From positions 1-30,505 of the IMG/VR virus record IMGVR_UViG_3300012953_000132: a stretch of DNA of 30,505 bases, one strand, 5' to 3'. The notes below the pieces were generated by a model, which saw nothing but the letters and a program-made list of their open reading frames with translations, ran no database searches and had not been told where the DNA came from. The stretch is from a virus. Lineage: Duplodnaviria; Caudoviricetes. Position numbers and translations under genes: made by a program. This document shows, one piece after another, positions 26,689 through 30,505 of this stretch (position 1 is its first letter; each line of letters begins with the position of its first letter).

Positions 26689-28598
26689 GTTCTAATTATT
26701 TTACCATTTGGATAACTTGAAGAATAAAAATCTCTAGTGAACTGAACACCAGAAATTTCATCTCCAGATGTAATAACATCTCTAACCATATTTATTGTAC
26801 TATTTGAGATGTTAAGTGAGACATATAAATCTTTCAATCCTACAACATCGTTAGATCTTGGAAAAGCTTGAATTTCAATTATGTTATTTGGTTTTGATGT
26901 AGATAAAAAGTTAATTGTTGATATATTTACTTCACCCTTTTCATAATCAATTGATCCTGCAGAAGAAGCAACATTTATTATACTTCCATCTTCTAAAATT
27001 TTAATAATTCGAAGAATACCAGTTTTTAAATCTGCATTTGGAATATCTGATAAGTATAAAACTGATGAATTACCAAAAATAGTAAATCCTGTAGATTTAA
27101 TGTTGAATCCATTAGGATCTACATAAAATTTATTTCCAAAACATAATTCATATTGTGCAAATTGATTTGCTGATATTTGTAAATTCCTTCTAATTTTTAT
27201 TTTAGTAATATTTGAAGTTATAGAACTATCAGTATCGTCAATTACCTTTAAAAGTTTACTATATTTCAATCTTCCACCAAATTGATTTAAATTTATAGAT
27301 TTTGAGTATTCTGTTAGGGAATTAATGACATATGACTTTAAAGTATCTGCTGTAGTGATGCGAGAACTATTATAATAAACATTTGAATCGATTTCAACGT
27401 ATAAAATTTTCAAATCAACGATTTTTTGATTAATTCCCGAAATAGTGTATTGTTTTAACTTGGATAAAATCTGATTTTTAGAAAAATCCGAAACTAGATC
27501 ACCATTTTTGGGTTTTATACTAATTACAACCGTTCCAAACTCTGGAGGATCAAGTTCCTCCCCACCAACAACAGAAACTGATTCTGTATTTGGATAAATT
27601 TTCTTAATTACAGCCTCATAATCCCTTGCAGTCACTGCTCTGTTCTGAGAAGAGTATGTGAGAGGTGAAAAATACTTAACAGAATCTATAGGTTCAATAT
27701 TTCCACCATTTTGTGACTTTATAATAGATTCAGAAGGAATTTCTGGTGTTTCTCCTAATTCAACTGCAGTTCCAGTAGAAGATGTAATTTTTCCTGTAAA
27801 AGTAAACCTCTGAGCACCATTCCCATCCTCTCCATCGGTTACAAGATACTTGACCGTAATCACATCTCCATCTTTATTTTCTCCAGTTCCCAATTTTTTA
27901 CCAAAAAATCCATCACCAAACTTTAATTCATATTTTTCGTCTTGAATTTCATTGATTAAGAAGATTTTAGAACTCGAATCAACACTTATTATATCATTTA
28001 TCAATGTATATTGTGTTCCATCTCCACTATCAGAATCATTTTTAATATAAACTACAATTTTTGAGGTATCGATGAAGGGATTATCTAAAATAAACCTTTG
28101 ATCGAGTGATCCATCGTATCTGAATACCTTTTCAAGGTAAGTTCCTTGATAAACATTGATATTTTCAAACTTTGCAACTCCATCAACAACATTTACACTA
28201 ATTGGTTCTGTTATTGCGAAGGTATATGTTTCATTATCCACGTCTCCAGTGCATACTACACCTGGTTGTAGTGTAACTGTGTTTACATCACTAGTAATAT
28301 TAGCATCAAATGATATTTGTGCATTTGCTGCTGTTCTAGACCTTGGTGTATAACCTATATTTCCTGCTAATGACACAACATTTTGTCTCAGAGTGGCAGA
28401 ATCTAAAAAAGATTCATTGACAACCATGTTTGAGTTGAATGCTGTGATGTAAGTATTGTATGCAAGGGTGTCAATTAAGACAGAAAAGTTTGAACCATCA
28501 AAATCAAAGTCCGTAAAGTTGGAATTTGCTCTTAAATAGTCTTTAATTGACGTTTTTATCTGATCGAAATCAAGATTTGTGAAATTTGAGAAAGGCAT
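26685..28598 (-). CDS. gp6: Baseplate wedge subunit (T4 gp6-like)
   Basis: 637 aa. Motifs LDFDQIK..IKDYL, FTDFDFDGSN.SVLID.LAYNTY, ESFLDSATLR.NVVSLA..IGYTPRS, FGDG.FGKKL and QNRAVTARDYE. Confidence 0.96.
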   Translation of the reverse strand: MPFSNFTNLDFDQIKTSIKDYLRANSNFTDFDFDGSNFSVLIDTLAYNTYITAFNSNMVVNESFLDSATLRQNVVSLAGNIGYTPRSRTAANAQISFDANITSDVNTVTLQPGVVCTGDVDNETYTFAITEPISVNVVDGVAKFENINVYQGTYLEKVFRYDGSLDQRFILDNPFIDTSKIVVYIKNDSDSGDGTQYTLINDIISVDSSSKIFLINEIQDEKYELKFGDGFFGKKLGTGENKDGDVITVKYLVTDGEDGNGAQRFTFTGKITSSTGTAVELGETPEIPSESIIKSQNGGNIEPIDSVKYFSPLTYSSQNRAVTARDYEAVIKKIYPNTESVSVVGGEELDPPEFGTVVISIKPKNGDLVSDFSKNQILSKLKQYTISGINQKIVDLKILYVEIDSNVYYNSSRITTADTLKSYVINSLTEYSKSINLNQFGGRLKYSKLLKVIDDTDSSITSNITKIKIRRNLQISANQFAQYELCFGNKFYVDPNGFNIKSTGFTIFGNSSVLYLSDIPNADLKTGILRIIKILEDGSIINVASSAGSIDYEKGEVNISTINFLSTSKPNNIIEIQAFPRSNDVVGLKDLYVSLNISNSTINMVRDVITSGDEISGVQFTRDFYSSSYPNGKIIRT

Positions 28599-29000
28599 TT
28601 ACCTTGTTGCCTCTAATATAAATGAATATTCCTGAGTTGGGAACTCTTGACCGACAATATCATAAATTACAGTGACTTCAAACTGATTTAAATCAGGAAA
28701 TGGGTCAACTTCAACCCTTACATTATCAACTCTTGGTTCATAATTCTTAACCGAAGTTTTAATTTGGTCTTGAATAACGTTAGCTGTACCAAAATCTACA
28801 AAATCAAAGAGACTTTTATATACATCCGACCCAAAATTAGGATTAAAGAACTTTTCAGTTGGTATAGTCTCAACAATATTGCGTACAGATCGACTAATTG
28901 CTCTCTCATTCTTAAGAATGGGTAAATCTTTTGTGACTGGATGGGGTGAAAACGATAAACTTATGTCTTTAAATGCTCTCGAATCCCTTTTAATTGCCAT
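28599..29000 (-). CDS. gp25: Baseplate wedge subunit / sheath initiator (T4 gp25-like)
   Basis: 133 aa. Motifs FKDISLSF..HP, NERAI.RSVRNIV.T...EK.F.P.FGS, YEPRV and V.YDIVG (GPW/gp25 family). Confidence 0.94.
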   Translation of the reverse strand: MAIKRDSRAFKDISLSFSPHPVTKDLPILKNERAISRSVRNIVETIPTEKFFNPNFGSDVYKSLFDFVDFGTANVIQDQIKTSVKNYEPRVDNVRVEVDPFPDLNQFEVTVIYDIVGQEFPTQEYSFILEATR

Positions 29001-29017
29001 AAACCAAGTTTTATATT

Positions 29018-29025
29018 TATTTATA
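29018..29025 (-). promoter_or_regulatory. T4-type late promoter TATAAATA
   Basis: Exact consensus, 17 nt upstream of the gp25 ATG (same spacing as at gp8). Confidence 0.85.
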
Positions 29026-29043
29026 CCTGTTTTTAGATTATTT

Positions 29044-29163
29044 TTATTGACCTTCTTTTAGATACTGAGGTTTTTCATCCTCTTTTTCATCTAAGTAACC
29101 ATCACCATCATATTCATTAATCACTTTTGGTTCATTTTTAGCAAATTTTTCAGACTTATTCAT
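29044..29163 (-). CDS. Small charged hypothetical protein (39 aa)
   Basis: Hand translation: MNKSEKFAKNEPKVINEYDGDGYLDEKEDEKPQYLKEGQ*. It fills the gap between the 250-aa ORF and gp25 and has its own NATAAATA box upstream. It is below the ORF-track size cutoff. Confidence 0.7.
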   Translation of the reverse strand: MNKSEKFAKNEPKVINEYDGDGYLDEKEDEKPQYLKEGQ

Positions 29164-29183
29164 TTTATTTGAGATATTTTTTG

Positions 29184-29191
29184 TATTTATC
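29184..29191 (-). promoter_or_regulatory. Late promoter box GATAAATA (NATAAATA)
   Basis: Plus strand reads tatttatc. It lies 20 nt upstream of the ATG at 29163 and contains the TAA stop of the 250-aa ORF. Confidence 0.6.
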
Positions 29192-29939
29192 CCAATTCTG
29201 GTTTAATATTAATGTCAACATTTCTCATTGCCGTATTTCCTGCTCCAATTATAGTATCAATTTCGTTTTGATTCATTATATTAACTGATCCTCCTCTTTC
29301 TTTTGATGTTTTCCAAAAATAATTGTCCTCTGAACCTAATCCGTCACGATCATGACCATTCTCCACCTGATAGTACACGGTTGAAACTTTAAAATCAGGA
29401 ATCTTAGGTGTCTCAGGAGTGATACTGTTGTCATATATCCTCATTCGGTTGTTTGGATAGAGACAAAACTGTCCATTATCTAATTCTAAGAGGTTATGAG
29501 ACTTATGTTCGGCAGGTTGTTCACTGGTTGAGTAATCAATTGCGTCTACGTCCTGATGATAATTGTCAAGAGTACATATGTACGTGCCAGTCTGATTGCC
29601 ATAATCTCTTGTATATACTTCATAGTGCATCGAACCGATAAACTGCTTCTGAACAGCAACCACACCATAGTCCATACAGTTCCAAAACTGTAGATTATGA
29701 AGAGTCATATCAGGATCAGGTATTTCTGGAGACGAGAGGAAAGCAGAAATCGGCAACTTATCAAACATTGCAGCATACTCAGGCAGATAAGTTTCAAAAT
29801 AAAAGGCACGACCAGGTATACTCTTAGCTGATACCCAGACTCCCTTGACAAATTCACCATGACCACTCTTATGATCTGTTAGATATTCTTTTCTGACCCA
29901 AACTTCATATGAAGGCAGGTTTGTAATTAGACATGACAT
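29187..29939 (-). CDS. Conserved phage hypothetical protein
   Basis: 250 aa, globular and aromatic-rich. Motifs VRKEYL.DH..GHGE, KSIPGRAFYFE, DKLPISAF, LQFWNCMDY and EHKSHN..ELDNGQF.LYPNNR. I recognise it as a recurrent T4-like cyanophage hypothetical, but cannot assign a function. Confidence 0.85.
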   Translation of the reverse strand: MSCLITNLPSYEVWVRKEYLTDHKSGHGEFVKGVWVSAKSIPGRAFYFETYLPEYAAMFDKLPISAFLSSPEIPDPDMTLHNLQFWNCMDYGVVAVQKQFIGSMHYEVYTRDYGNQTGTYICTLDNYHQDVDAIDYSTSEQPAEHKSHNLLELDNGQFCLYPNNRMRIYDNSITPETPKIPDFKVSTVYYQVENGHDRDGLGSEDNYFWKTSKERGGSVNIMNQNEIDTIIGAGNTAMRNVDINIKPELG

Positions 29940-29967
29940 AATTTTAAATCAATTTAAGTAGTTTATT

Positions 29968-30505
29968 TTAACCGATAGCAGTTAGTGTTAATGTTGGCAT
30001 ACTGAACATATCAGTATTAGAACCATCAAAGTGGTTTGTCACATGAAGTTTCATATCATAAGAACTAGTATAATCTCTTGCTTGCATTTTTAATACTAAA
30101 GCACTATTCCAATTTGCACGGGCACCAGTGTTAGTATCAGCAGTTTCACCGATTTTAATTGGCCATTCAAAGACAACACGATCATTATAATCATCTGCTC
30201 TACGAGTATTTCTTGCATATACAACTTCAGTACCATCAATGTAAAATCTAAAGTGAGCAATCCCATCAGCATCGTGGCACGAACATTGAAAACAAAATCT
30301 GTATATTACGGTATGAGTTCCAGCTGGAGGTTGATATGTAATTGATGATCCAGTTACATCAACATAAGAAGTGGTTAATTGTTGAACTGCAGTTACGTTT
30401 TGATAAGTTAATGTTCCATTTGCCGAGGTGACTGTACCACCATCACATGGACGTGAAAGTAGTTCTTGAACGGTATTTCCACCACCTGATGAAGAAACAC
30501 CTCCA
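29968..30505 (-). CDS. C-terminal part of a probable fibre/decoration protein, 5'-truncated by window edge
   Basis: Hand translation of the open frame 30504-29968 (178 aa + TAA): GGVSSSGGGNTVQELLSRPCDGGTVTSANGTLTYQNVTAVQQLTTSYVDVTGSSITYQPPAGTHTVIYRFCFQCSCHDADGIAHFRFYIDGTEVVYARNTRRADDYNDRVVFEWPIKIGETADTNTGARANWNSALVLKMQARDYTSSYDMKLHVTNHFDGSNTDMFSMPTLTLTAIG*. A Gly/Ser linker precedes a beta-rich terminal domain. Not in the ORF track. Confidence 0.85.
   Translation of the reverse strand, partial: GGVSSSGGGNTVQELLSRPCDGGTVTSANGTLTYQNVTAVQQLTTSYVDVTGSSITYQPPAGTHTVIYRFCFQCSCHDADGIAHFRFYIDGTEVVYARNTRRADDYNDRVVFEWPIKIGETADTNTGARANWNSALVLKMQARDYTSSYDMKLHVTNHFDGSNTDMFSMPTLTLTAIG

Larger units (their letters stand above)
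1..30505 (-). mobile_element. T4-like (cyano)myovirus virion morphogenesis module: baseplate-neck-terminase block
   Basis: All long ORFs are on the minus strand with little or no spacing. The order 25-6-7-8-VrlC-like-small ORFs-13-14-15-16 is the arrangement known from T4-like cyanophages. T4 late promoter boxes are present and no host housekeeping genes are seen. Confidence 0.96.

Noticed and set aside
1814-29641. Plus-strand ORFs of 60-187 aa in the track (e.g. 3868-4389, 7377-7940, 14126-14506)
   Set aside because: These are antisense shadows of minus-strand genes. Their P/V/I/T-rich composition is what reverse-complemented GGN/ACN/AAT codons produce, many start at GTG/TTG, and none has a recognisable motif.
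30274-30294. CFQCSCH as a c-type heme-binding site
   Set aside because: The spacing is CxxCxCH, which does not contain CxxCH.

Overview
The window is a single, densely packed, AT-rich (roughly 30% GC by spot counts) minus-strand late-gene block of a T4-like myovirus. Gene order and protein motifs match marine T4-like cyanophages (Kyanoviridae-type); the low GC would fit a Prochlorococcus-type host, but that is inference. In transcription order (right to left): a 5'-truncated fibre/decoration-like ORF, a conserved 250-aa hypothetical, a 39-aa ORF missing from the ORF track, gp25, gp6, a 4188-aa gp7-like wedge protein, gp8, a 2470-aa VrlC/DUF4815-like protein, three smaller proteins where T4 has gp9-12/wac, gp13, an enlarged gp14, gp15, gp16 (small terminase), and a 3'-truncated Cys/Gly-Asn-rich ORF. 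T4-type late promoter boxes ((T/N)ATAAATA) lie just upstream of several starts. I see no tRNA, CRISPR array, intron, homing endonuclease, reverse transcriptase or integrase. I cannot demonstrate a new biological system here. The most unusual signals are (i) a G-[IVLF]-[GST]-[TS] tetrapeptide recurring across unrelated virion proteins and concentrated in their insertions, (ii) a small kit of domains shared among gp7, gp8, VrlC and gp14, (iii) a YHYH-like domain inside gp7, and (iv) a compositional shift in the 250-aa gene.
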